A stretch of 62,504 nt of DNA, counting the filler, from Phoronis australis (lineage: Eukaryota; Animalia; Phoronida): the NCBI GenBank assembly GCA_002633005.1. It is 5 parts of 5 records of this genome, joined end to end, with 100 filler letters (N's around TTAATTAATTAA, not from the genome) between each part and the next. Parts side by side here need not be neighbours in the genome. Positions count along the whole stretch, not along the records: positions 26,191 to 53,506 come from NMRA01001007.1; positions 53,607 to 60,002 come from NMRA01001196.1; positions 60,103 to 62,504 come from NMRA01003689.1; 2 more parts are not named here. One strand, given 5' to 3'. This document shows positions 51,866 through 62,504 of this stretch, piece after piece. A program made the translations under genes and the position numbers. Within the stretch, counting starts at the first letter, position 1, and each line of letters opens with the position of its first letter. Under the pieces are notes generated by a model. That model worked only from the letters and a program-made list of their open reading frames with translations. It did not search any database and was not told where the DNA came from.

Positions 51866-53506
51866 AAGTCAGTGGAGGCCACTAGAAGCCAGTGGAGGCC
51901 ACTTCTTGCCAATGCAGGCCACTGGAAGACAGTGGAGGACAAAGCAGGCCACTGCAGGACACTGGAGGCCACTGGAGACAAGTGAAGATCACTGGAGGCC
52001 AGTGAGGGCCACTGACGGACAGTGCAGGCCACTGGAGGTTCTTGGAGGCCAGTGGAGGTCACTGGAGGGCGGTACAGACCACTGGCGGCAATTGGAGACC
52101 ACGGGCGGCTAGTGGATGCCACACTGGAGGCCAATGCAGGCCAGTGGAAAGCACTGGAGTCCAGTGGAGTCCACTGGAGGCCATTGGAGGCCGGTAGAAA
52201 ACACTGGACGCCAGTGGAAGACATAGGAAGCCACTGGAGAAAAATGGGGGGCAGTGGAGACCACTGGAGGATATTGGAGGCCACTGGACGCCAGTGGAGG
52301 CCAGTGGAGGTCATTGGAGGCCATTGAAGGCCAATAGAAGCCAGTGGAGGCCTGTGGAGGTCCGTGCACGCACCGGAGGCTACTAGAGGGCACGGGAGGA
52401 TACTGGAGGGCACTGGAGGACATTGTAGGCAGCTGGAGGCCAGTGGATGCCAGTGGCGGACAGTGAAGGCAAGTAGATGCACGTGGAGGCCAATGGAGGC
52501 CAGTGCAGGACAGTGGGGGCCACTCGAAGCCAGTGCAGGCCAGTGGAGGCCATTGGAAGCCAGGGGACGTCAATGGGGCCATTGGAGGGCAGTGGAGGCT
52601 AGGCGATGCCAGTGGAGGCCACTGGACGCAAGTGGAGGGCAGTGGAGGCTAGTGGAGACCACTGGAGGCCAGTGCAGGATCTTGGAGGTCTGTAAAGGCC
52701 AGTGGGGGCCAGTGGAGGCCAGTGGAAGCAAGTGGAGGACAGTGGAGGCTAGTGGAGACCAGCGGAGGCCACTGGAAGCCAGTGGAGTCCAGTGCAGTCC
52801 AGTGGAGGCCAGTCTAGGCCAGTCGAGGCCAGTGGAGGCCAGTGGAGGTCAGTGGAATCCAGTGGAGGCCAGCGGAGGCCACTCGAGGGCAGTGGAGGAC
52901 ACTATAGGCCACTAGAATTCAGTGGAGGCCAATGGAGGCAAGCGGAGGACAGTGGAGGCCAAGGGAGGTTAGTGGAGGCCAGTGGAGGCCAAGGGAGGCC
53001 AGTGGAGGCCAGTGGAGTCCAGTGGAGGACAGCGCAGCCCCGTGGAGTACATTGGAGGCCAGTGAAGGCGAGTGGAGGCCAGCGGAGGCCCTTGGGGGCC
53101 TGTAAAGGCCAGTGGGGACCAGTGGAGGCCACTGGAGGCCAGTGGAGGACAGAGGAGGCCAGTGGAGTCTAGTGGAGGCCAGTCTAGGGTAGTGGAGGCT
53201 AGTGGAGGCCAGTCTAGGCCAGTGGAGGCCAGTGGAGACCAGTGGAGGCCAGTGGAAGCCAGTGGAGTCTAGTGGAGGCCAGTGCAGGCCAGTGGATGCC
53301 ACTGGAGGCCAGTCGAGGCCAGTGGAGTCTATTGGAGGCCAGTGGAGGCCAGTCGAGGCCAGTGGAGGCCAGTGAAGAGCAGTGGAGGCTAGTATAGGCC
53401 ACTGGAGGCCAGTGGAGGCCCTTTGAGGCTAGTGGAGGGCTGTGGAGGCCGGTTGAGGCCAGTGGAGGCCGGTGAAAACCAGTGGAGGCCAGTGGAGGCC
53501 AGCGGA
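51866..53506. repeat. GC-rich 10-bp satellite (CCAGTGGAGG / CCACTGGAGG)n, running into the gap
   Basis: More than 150 tandem units are visible. It explains all the overlapping low-complexity ORFs on both strands. Confidence 0.97.
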
Positions 53507-53606
53507 NNNNNNNNNNNNNNNNNNNNNNNNNNNNNNNNNNNNNNNNNNNNTTAATTAATTAANNNNNNNNNNNNNNNNNNNNNNNNNNNNNNNNNNNNNN
53601 NNNNNN
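53507..53606. other. Artificial scaffold linker
   Basis: N44-TTAATTAATTAA-N44. Confidence 0.97.
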
Positions 53607-53654
53607 CGCCGCCTACTACCCGACCGCCGCCTACTACCCGAACGCCGCCTACAG
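53607..53654 (+). CDS. Multi-ShK protein: Pro/Thr linker exon (5' part in the gap)
   Basis: The 18-bp repeat encodes PPTTRPPPTTRTPPT and ends in a strong donor G|gtaagt (phase 1). Confidence 0.75.
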
Positions 53655-54426
53655 GTAAGTGACTGTAAGATATAGTTTAATAGAATACCGACCAGTCTGT
53701 CAGAGACCTTTTTGCATATTATAACTGCACTTGGTTATCGTGAAATTAAACATGTAAGAGTGGTAGCAATTTAAATGGCTTCTGTAGGCAACATTATTAC
53801 GTGACCACGCGTGGTTCTGTCCTCTAATTGGCTAATTCGCACTTGAACAAACTGGCCGTTGAATATCACTTTTCATCCGTACCACCCGGACGTCAGATGC
53901 CCCGATTCGTGAACTGACCAATCAAACGCTGAAGAAATCATAAACTCTGTTTACAAAATAAAGCAGACGATGCTAATATATCAAAGCTGATAAGAACATG
54001 ATAAGCTAATAAGATACGAAAAAGTGATGGGAAAGAAGTCTCAGTGGCCGCGTGATAAGGCACACATATAGGGCCTACCAATCTCTCGTGCATATGAGAT
54101 CATATACACCTCGGAAGAGAAATGTTGCACTCGGCCCTCGATCTCGAACAACATTGCTTCCCCTCTGTCCATGTGATGTAGTATTACTCCCGGAATCGAT
54201 CCATATTTTTACCTTTTCAACCCGATGTCGTAGCTCGTCCAAAATCAGTACTAACTTAAAAGTCAACGACATTGTTAGTCATCAACCGCGTTGTCGTTGG
54301 GTTGTACTTTGTCCTTGTGACCAATCCTGTCAATAACACTTACATGTACAATCAATAATTACGTGCAATTTAATTTATAGTGTTTAGATCGTCGGACAAA
54401 TGAATATTGAACGTTACTCCATCCAG

Positions 54427-54546
54427 GGGGTCCATGTGTGAACACACACGACACTACTCAATGCAATGGTTGGGCTGCTACTGGAGAGTGCGAGAAAAAC
54501 CCGACTTGGATGCATACGAACTGTGCACTGGCATGCGGCATTTGTA
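54427..54546 (+). CDS. Multi-ShK protein: ShKT domain exon A
   Basis: ccatccag|GG...A|gtaagc, 120 nt, phase 1-1. GGPCVNTHDTTQCNGWAATGECEKNPTWMHTNCALACGIC has the six-Cys ShKT pattern. Confidence 0.93.
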
Positions 54547-54902
54547 GTAAGCTCTGGGATTTTTAGAATTTTGAAAATTAGATGGAAAACGTGTGAACTC
54601 TCACTCTTACTTGTAACCGTCTTCTCATTGAAAATTACTAAGTTTGTATTGTTACTAATTAAATATCTAAAGGTATTCATGACGACTTTTGTTCAATATC
54701 TGCAGTTATTTTACGTCGTTATTCCAAAGTAAATTTCGTCTCCCCCTGAGACATGGTCTAAATTCGTGCTTAGTACGACATTCAAATGTTTACGGATCTT
54801 GCTTTTTGTGAAACTCTGACATTGTTTACATGAAGTGTATTCAAACTTGCAATGTTCAATTTGTCACAATACACTCATTCTTCCGTTTTAATTCTTTTTA
54901 AG

Positions 54903-54935
54903 GTTATCCACCACTGCCAACAGCACCACCAACAG
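54903..54935 (+). CDS. Multi-ShK protein: 33-nt linker micro-exon
   Basis: ttctttttaag|GT...G|gtagcg, phase 1-1, reading SYPPLPTAPPT. Confidence 0.75.
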
Positions 54936-56017
54936 GTAGCGACACCTACATGTAGCGACATTTACGCTCTGTTTAAAAGAAATGAGTCTATTCTTTAAAG
55001 TACTAGACTCTTAGTGGAAGTCATGGCCAAAATTTCTTGAACGAACCACGTCTACAAATCATTACATTTTATGTACATAAGGCTTGATCTAGTATAATAT
55101 CTGCACACACTTTTAGGTTAAAATTCCAGTCATTTCATGCAATTGTTGTATGTTTGAAACCCTCATCGTTGCTTAACTACACAAGTTAAATATGTTACGA
55201 AGAAATCATTTAATCTACGAAGATTGTTTATTAATTTTAATGATTTTTAAAAATGCTGGCAAAAACTCGTGTTAAAATGCTTATATTGAAATACGAGCAG
55301 AAAGTGAGGTGAAGCTTCTTTTAAAATTAAAAAATGTAAATAGCTTCACGAATATGTAGCAATTTAAAACGACGGAAACGACCTGGTCATCTTGGTGAAT
55401 TATTCTGCTCACTTAATTGTATTGTTAGTCAATTGGGCTTGATCTGTAGCTGTAGGCGATTTAACATGATAAGTTTCGTGGGTACATTCACCTTCTAGAT
55501 TTATTCTGACGTTTTCCACCTCATTTTAGGAGTACTTTTTAAATGCAAATTTCCCACATTTAATATGATAAGGTTGACGTGAGCCAATGAAAATCAATTT
55601 CTCATACAGAGAACAACGTCTTGTATGTCTGCTTCCAAGGAAATTACTTATGGTTGATGTGAAAATTTGTTTAAATTGGTTAATATTTAAAATGATTAGT
55701 TTAATTACAAACACTTTGTTACAAATGGTTATGCATTTGCTTTAATTTAACCTAGCAGTGCTAAATATAGAACGGTGTCTATATTTGTTCACCAACGGAA
55801 AGTGGTCAATGAAGCTCTCCAATACACACCCAATTCATATGATTCAGTGCAATTCGCATTGGGATTTGTCTGTAAATTGAATTTCATTCCGGATTTCGCT
55901 GCTTTCAGAAGATGCTATTTAGGCTCATGACACATGTGTAACTCAAATAATCAACTGTTCCCATTCTAAGAATTTGCTGTTGAGAAACTATATAATAGCT
56001 CATACTATAACCGCTAG

Positions 56018-56148
56018 GGAGGAGGCAGTGTGGACTAGTGTGACAAGTGTCCGATTTCTTCACTCGAGGTCGTGGGTTCGAGTCCCACCGGCTTATACCA
56101 CTAAACCCTTGAGTCAGGTATCTAGCACCTCAGCTCGGTTTTAACTAT
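56018..56148 (+). repeat. tRNA-derived SINE fragment
   Basis: A-box-like TGGACTAGTG and B-box GGTTCGAGTCC, followed by a cccttgagtcagg body motif. Confidence 0.6.
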
Positions 56149-56349
56149 ATGTTAATAAAGCATAAAAATGGTTCCATGTCTCAGTGCAATGGGACCTCAT
56201 GCGCGGCCATACCATTAGGTATCTCTGTAGTCAGTCTCCACCATATTGTCTCCGCGACTGCACGTCAATTACGTAGAGGTAGGGACTTTCGCCATGCACA
56301 CAGTTATTTTTCTTTTTTAGATAATATTGCTATTATCTTTAAGCCATTC

Positions 56350-58755
56350 ACTTAGCAGGTCTCACCATCCATTCAATAGAGACTTGAACTGAAGTGACTG
56401 TATGTTTATCTATGATGGAGACTGTCTGTTGACCAACTAACCTACTTCTGCCAACACGATTCACTACCACACTGACGGCCGTGTTCCGTCACCTAAGTTT
56501 GCACAACTTCACTCTCACTACCATGAGGGGCATTCAGTGCCTTATAGGGGGATGTTCCCATACAACCCCTGATGTCGAACTTGCTATTGTGGCTGCACTA
56601 CTGAAACCACACGCCATTACCCACACGTCACCACCCACTGGCTCCCCCAACGCTGACCCGCTGAAAAAGTTAAAAGACCTCACATTGCCGCAGATGGGAC
56701 CATTGAAGATTGGCAATACGAAAAGACCTGGTTTCAGTGGCCAAGCCAGCATTTGCAAGCTCAGCATACCATGCCCTAACTGCAAGTACGCAGTTAATTT
56801 CATCGACCACGTCATACGCGATCATCTCTCCCTTGGGATTAATGACTCGGAAAAAACAAATTGATCTCCTCGGGGACGAAAACCAGGCGTGCGTTCAGGA
56901 GACGCTAGGACTTACGCTAGGACCTAGCTAAAACCTAGTTAAAATCACGTGCTCTCCTTTAAAATTCACGGCAATATTTCGCGTAATCTCGCGAAGTCTT
57001 GCATTTTAGCGAGGTCCTAGCGTTAATGAATGGGAGGCAGGATAGAACTTTGTAAGAAATTTTACGCTTCGTCGAAGCAAAAGAAGCCACCCACCCTCTT
57101 GATTCCCACGGCGCCGCGGTTACCAGCACGTATCGATGGAACCAACATCAACCAAATCAACATTTGCCATCCTGCATCTATTTTGGCGGCAAGAGTCATG
57201 GTCGCACAGCATCACTACAGACCCGTAGAACTGTACGTCCCGCCTACGGTAAAACATGTGAACACTATGGCAAGCCCCACTACCATAAGGACATTTGCGG
57301 CAGCAAGCCTCACAACAGTAATCCTCCCAAAGCCGCTAATGATGTCTTCGACGCTCTGTGTGAAGTCTCTTTCAACCCACAAAACCGAAAACGATCCGTT
57401 ACACCAAGTCATCAAAACTGCGACGAGCTCACAAACGCTTGGTTGAAAAAAGATCATTGCGTCAACTCTTCATCAGCCTCACAGCTAGTGCCTCCTGAGA
57501 TGACTACACCCAAATTGGATTCCCAGAACACGTACCTGACCAGGATCCAACCGACACGGGATGCCAGAGTTGTCTCTTAGGATTTCAGACCCTCAAACGA
57601 CTCTTTGTGACACGCAGCAATTCAGTCATAGTCTACATGAAGATGCATGCAGCAAACAACGAAGACATACCCATCGTGGACGGCACCTTCCTTCACGTCT
57701 CTGACGCAACGGCCAACTTGCAAAATAAACAGGTTGCATAAGTTACTGACGGTACATACATATTCTAACTTAATAGAGAAGCCAGTGCTGCCCTACAGCT
57801 CATCACGGACAATTTTTCTACCGTCGGTGATGCAGCATAAAATTCTGTAACCGAAATTGAAGGAATTGAATCCTGAGCTCCATGTGGATGTCCTTGACGA
57901 GAAAAACTACCACCATTGCCTACAGAGCTGCCTTTTCTGCCCACTAATGACAACTGTGACAACCTTAAATCCTACTTACGTGAGTATTACAAGGCAAGCA
58001 CCCTCGAAACCTTCGAACACCAGCCGCTCCCCTAAATGAGTGGACCTCCCATGCTTCTTATGACCGACCCTAACGCCACCTTAGTTGCACATCATTCCCC
58101 TGTCTCAATTCCGCTCCACTGGCAGGCTGAGGTGAAAGTTGTCTTGCACCAAGCCGTTCGTTTAGGTGTCTTAGAAACCGAACCTGAAGAGAAACGTGGT
58201 GGTTGTATGCGCAAAAATGGTAAATGCCGTTGCATTTAAGATTTACAACCCCTCAACAAACATGACTTGCAAGAAACGCGTCAAACGCCTTCCCCATTTC
58301 ACCAAAGTTGATCCATTCCCAGTGACACAAAGAAGACTGTCTTCGATACGTGGAATGGATTCCACTGTGTTCGTATCTGTGAGGAGGATCGACATTACAC
58401 CACTTTCATTACTCCTTGCAATCGCTACAGACCTTGCGTAGCCCCTCAAGGCTACATGCGACCATCTGACGATTGCCATCGACCACAAATCACTTGCCAA
58501 GGTGAACCCGGCAGAGATCTGGAGGGCATACAAATGCTTGCCTACAAAAACCTAAAAAGGAAGGAACTTACGATACCACTTCGCCATCGTTCGCATCCCA
58601 GGTGTGCGCCACAAAGCAGCAGATGCTTTCTTCAGACACCACATTGGCAGATCGGTGAACCTTCACCTCCCTGGCAACGTAGCTTCCGTTCATGCAGAGA
58701 TTCATTCAACAAAGACTTGAACTGAAATGGTTGTATGTTTATATACTGATGGCAT
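56350..58755 (+). mobile_element. Internally deleted Ty3/Gypsy LTR retrotransposon in a ShK-gene intron
   Basis: Direct repeats cattcaa.a.agacttgaactgaa.tg..tgtatgtttat at ~56370-56418 and ~58704-58754. gag: IQCLIGGCSHTTPDVELAIVAALL, DLLGDENQ..FVEAKE. Protease: DTGCQSCL. RT: IPLHWQAEVK, DLQPLN, KTVFDTWNGFH, DRHYTTFITP. Many stops and frameshifts. Confidence 0.88.
56887..57037. mobile_element. Small Harbinger-like MITE inserted in Gypsy gag (CAG TSD)
   Basis: CAG at 56884-56886 and 57038-57040, with an imperfect IR acgctaggac / gtcctagcgt. Removing it restores DLLGDENQ|DRTL*EILRFVEAKE. The same family start occurs near 61826. Confidence 0.7.
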
Positions 58756-59000
58756 CTCGTCTCAAACGATTTGTAAACTCATGTTTACGTATATCATAAC
58801 GATCCTGAAAATGTGTGGTTTAACAACGCAAAAAGTTTAAATTGGCTAAAAAACAGTATGTATCTGAAGATTCAAGTAAAACTTTGCACTCTGCAGCAGT
58901 GTTGAAGAAAAATGAATAACTTTTTCTTCAGGTAGAGTTCTTGGAATTGATGAGCATTGCAGGTGCCATCTTTCAGTGTAATGTATAACTTTCGTTGCAG

Positions 59001-59120
59001 GCCCAGATTGTTCAAACATCCATAACACTACAGCGTGCGACAGATGGGCTGCAAGAGGCGAGTGTGTTAAGAACCCCCGATGGATGTTACCTAATTGTGC
59101 ACTGGCGTGCGGCAAATGCA
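59001..59120 (+). CDS. Multi-ShK protein: ShKT domain exon B
   Basis: ttcgttgcag|GC...A|gtaagt, 120 nt, phase 1-1. Reads GPDCSNIHNTTACDRWAARGECVKNPRWMLPNCALACGKC. Confidence 0.93.
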
Positions 59121-59602
59121 GTAAGTGCTCGATCTAATAATTGGTGCGGCATTGTAGTTTACCTGAAAAAGCGTGCCTCCGTTAGCTGACGTGATTAAAG
59201 ACTTCCACAGCAGTGATTTGCAGTATAAGAATATATTTAGCCAGGTAGATCTGTGGTCACTTTGAAAATAATGCTTGACCAAGAAGACATACTCGTTTGT
59301 TCATTTTTCCAATTGTAAAACATGTTTCACTCATTTGATATATGCAGTAGTACAGTGCTTCGATCGTCACCTAGAAATTACCTATATGTAGCAGGATCTC
59401 ACATACGGGTGAATACAGATGCCGTTTACCATTGGCTACTGGTATGTCGTAGGAGAAAATTCTATTCTGTGGGGCCGTCTTGTAGCTTGACCAATTCGGA
59501 AAACATCGAGTATTTTCGCAGTCCGTGTATAGTATTCGAAATCAAGACCACTCGTAGTATTTTTTAATAGTGAAATTATGTGTGCTGACATCACCTTTAA
59601 AG

Positions 59603-59680
59603 GTACAACACCAAGACCTCAACCAACAACAGGGGCAAGAACGACGGTGACACCGCCAAGGACTGTTCCACCTTCTGGAG
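59603..59680 (+). CDS. Multi-ShK protein: Pro/Thr linker exon
   Basis: ctttaaag|GT...G|gtaata, phase 1-1. Reads STTPRPQPTTGARTTVTPPRTVPPSG. Confidence 0.8.
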
Positions 59681-60002
59681 GTAATAAGCAAACAACATCG
59701 CGAATAAAACGAACGGTCTGGCAGAATAAGTGTCAGAATATAGACTGACACCGTATTTAGTTGTATTGTTTTGTTTTGTTGTTCTGTTTAATTGGCTTGA
59801 CCCCTGAGTTAAGTACATTGATGCTGTAATTTGGTTACTAAAGAATAGTGTGGAGCTTTCTAGAAGACTCTAGCATGACAGTGATTGATGCAGTATGGAA
59901 TATTCTAGAGACTACAGGGGCGGATCTACGTTTTCAGTAAGGGGGGGTTTAGGATTCCCGCAAAGGTCGAATCCTAGGCGCGTGGCGCCGAGAGGGGGGG
60001 GG

Positions 60003-60102
60003 NNNNNNNNNNNNNNNNNNNNNNNNNNNNNNNNNNNNNNNNNNNNTTAATTAATTAANNNNNNNNNNNNNNNNNNNNNNNNNNNNNNNNNNNNNNNNNN
60101 NN
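60003..60102. other. Artificial scaffold linker
   Basis: N44-TTAATTAATTAA-N44. Confidence 0.97.
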
Positions 60103-60948
60103 CATGGAATTTCTAGTCCGGAGTGTCATACCTTGTAGTATATTATATAGTGTATTGTGGATGATCAGGAGCGGAGGATGCCTGTGGGTCATATGATACT
60201 TGTGAGGTCATATCCTTACAACCATGGCATCAAAACTAATTAAATGTTCACATTATTTTCATAACTTCAGTAATTAAATGGATTTTCATGTTATCATGTT
60301 TGAAAGCCAGGTCTTATAGATGTTCTTTGGTAAGTAGCATGAACAAGAACATGTAAAACTGACAGGAAGTAATATATGTACATTGAAGTTTATAACTTTT
60401 TATGTCCTAAGCCTAAGACAACAACAGCAAGACTTTCTATCTGTAACCTGTAAATTACCTGAGTAAGGTGCTCATGGATGCTTGAGACTATTTTGAGGCT
60501 TATAAGTAGTGCCTCCAAATTACGATTCATTGCAAGTTGCAGATGCTCAGCTAAAATGGAACTTGTTTTTTTACATAATGCATTTGTGGGCTGCATTATT
60601 ACATTGATAGCTAGATGGATATTCTGTCATCTAACCGGCGTACTTATAAAGGAAATACAAAGTCACGTGTTGAAATGTGCCAACGACTGCTGTGCAAGCG
60701 GTATGCTTCTAGTGGTAGAATCATGGATATTAGATGTTGTAGAATACATGGAACAAACCTGAAAATTGCAAGAGTAGATGTGGTTGTCTCTCAATACAAG
60801 ACAAGAGCAACATGGAGCATTGATATGCACCCACTTTGTGCATCACATTTATCTCAGACAGAAGGATTAGATTCAAACATTCTCACTAAAGAGAGCAATG
60901 CTAGAATAGTAAACTTGAAATAGACTCTACGGGCTGCATTAGCAAATC

Positions 60949-61032
60949 AGCGGTTCAAGAGATCTAGCGGTTCAAGAGATCTAGTGGTTCAAGAGGCCTA
61001 ACGGTTCAAAAGATCTAGCGGTTCAAGAGATC
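60949..61032. repeat. 17-bp minisatellite AGCGGTTCAAGAGATCT x5
   Basis: Direct tandem copies. Confidence 0.9.
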
Positions 61033-61048
61033 CAACACTGAATGCCAG

Positions 61049-61203
61049 ACAGTGCAGTACATGAGTGCATCAAAGTCACACAGTGCAGTACATGAGTGCA
61101 TCAAAGTCACACAGTGCAGTACATGAGTGCATCAAAGTCACACAGTGCAGTACATGAGTGCATCAAAGTCACACAGTGCAGTACATGAGTGCATCAAAGT
61201 CAC
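61049..61203. repeat. 31-bp perfect minisatellite ACAGTGCAGTACATGAGTGCATCAAAGTCAC x5, cut by an N
   Basis: Head-to-tail identical copies with no spacers. Confidence 0.92.
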
Positions 61204-62504
61204 NGCTTTAATATTGGGTTTACAAACTGTGAACTAAGGGCAATAAATTATCTACGTAAGTTATTGTGTACTCGAGCATAGAATAATAGACACTTATCTT
61301 GAGTTCACCCAAAAGTAGATTAGAAAATGCCAAACCTAATTTTGAGTTCCATTTCGAGTAAAAAGATTGGAGACCAGGCCCTGGTACCAATATCCTAAAT
61401 GTGCAGTATCACAGCATAAAAATGAGATTTTTATTTCTGCTGCTATGCAGTTACTAACTACTGTGTATTACACTATGTATTGCAGGAAGAACTTAACATG
61501 GAAACTTGCATATCTATTATATATCTATAAAATAAAAAATAAAACATCTAAAAAATACTACAGAGCACAACTAAACATAAAAGCATCCACAATCTCTCTG
61601 TCATATAAAACATACGTCTTACAAAATATACAACACGGAGTACACAAATCAGGTTAGCAACTTGGTCTACAAAATACGATTGCCAGTAAGAAGATCTAGG
61701 TCAGCACTATCAAATTTGTTTAACGAATATTCTATAGCTAACCAAAGGACAAAACTCATTTGTATCTACGGCATCAGGAAATGATGGACTCGCATCTACA
61801 GTACCTCAGTAAATGCACTCAAGCCCAGGCGTGCGTTCAGTAGATGCTAGGACCTATGCTACGGTAAAGTCGCGTGATTTTCGGACGGCCCGCCATTTTC
61901 GACCAAGAATAAATATTTCCGAAATAAGTTTTTCATNTCGGATTTTTGTCCCGCGACTTTCGGACAAGGAAAATTTTTAGAAACGGTAATTTGGGATCGA
62001 CACAACTCGCGTGTCACTAAAGCGTTCAACGGATGATTACTACTGTATACGGCTTGAGTCCGAGAATCGGTATAACGGGCTTGTAATTTTTACCTTGTCT
62101 TGAAGATGTCACGACCGTCACTCGATTGTCTTGCGTTTAGCTTGTGTTTGGCGCTTTATCTATGAAAAGAATCGCCGAGTTCCGCATGACGGAAATTTCT
62201 GATGAAAATACAAATAGGAAATATACCGAAGGCTGCAACTTTTCGTTGTAGCGTAACATGTGCTCTGGCCGTGCTGTTCGACTTCCGACTGTGACATTGA
62301 ACTTGCACGCCTGACATCAACTTGCGTGTTTACGAAACGTTTTTATTTTTAAAACTTCCTGGCCTTTGCAAATGCCCTTGTTAGTGGCTAAAATCTCCCG
62401 ACGACGTGTCCGGATTTTATTCTTGTCCTGATGAGAAATATTTTTTGTTTAGGCCCCCATACACAATAGGCCACAGCTAAGTCTGTCCGTAGGATATCGC
62501 GCGT

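Noticed and set aside
51856-53402. Many long ORFs (QWRPVEASGG / LHWPPLASTG repeats)
   Set aside because: They are by-products of a stop-poor 10-bp satellite, open in several frames on both strands.
60390-60923. Overlapping ORFs after the last linker
   Set aside because: No recognisable motif or consistent splice structure, so I cannot support them as coding.
61049-61203. 31-bp repeats of CRISPR-like length
   Set aside because: They are head-to-tail with no spacers, no cas genes are present and the context is eukaryotic, so this is a minisatellite.

Overview
AT-rich, repeat-dense animal genomic DNA (probably a marine invertebrate, inferred from spliceosomal introns, ShK domains and Helentron/Gypsy/LINE/MITE content); not prokaryotic, and I found no CRISPR, rRNA or convincing tRNA gene. 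It is a draft scaffold with four artificial 100-bp joins (N44-TTAATTAATTAA-N44) and several single-N joins. The main feature is an apparently intact 5.8-kb DNA transposon (82-5914) with 13-bp GGGACGTGACAAA TIRs flanked by TA. It carries an intron-containing gene that I splice into a 937-aa protein with an N-terminal NLS, a coiled coil, a D-D-CxxH-E transposase core and a C-terminal Spindlin/Tudor-like segment, a combination I cannot place in a standard superfamily. Host genes read by manual splicing are the last four exons of an ankyrin-repeat gene (28869-37840, +), five phase-1 exons of a multi-ShK, Pro/Thr-linker protein missed by the ORF track (53607-59680, +), a candidate antisense two-exon gene (26930-28267, -) and orphan exons at 22151-26090. 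The rest is nested mobile DNA: Helentron-type HINEs, a Ginger-like TIR element, hAT MITEs with 8- and 5-bp TSDs, Harbinger-like MITEs, a solo LTR, two Gypsy remnants, a LINE 3' end, tRNA-derived SINE heads and several satellites. All family names come from motif recognition by eye, not database searches.
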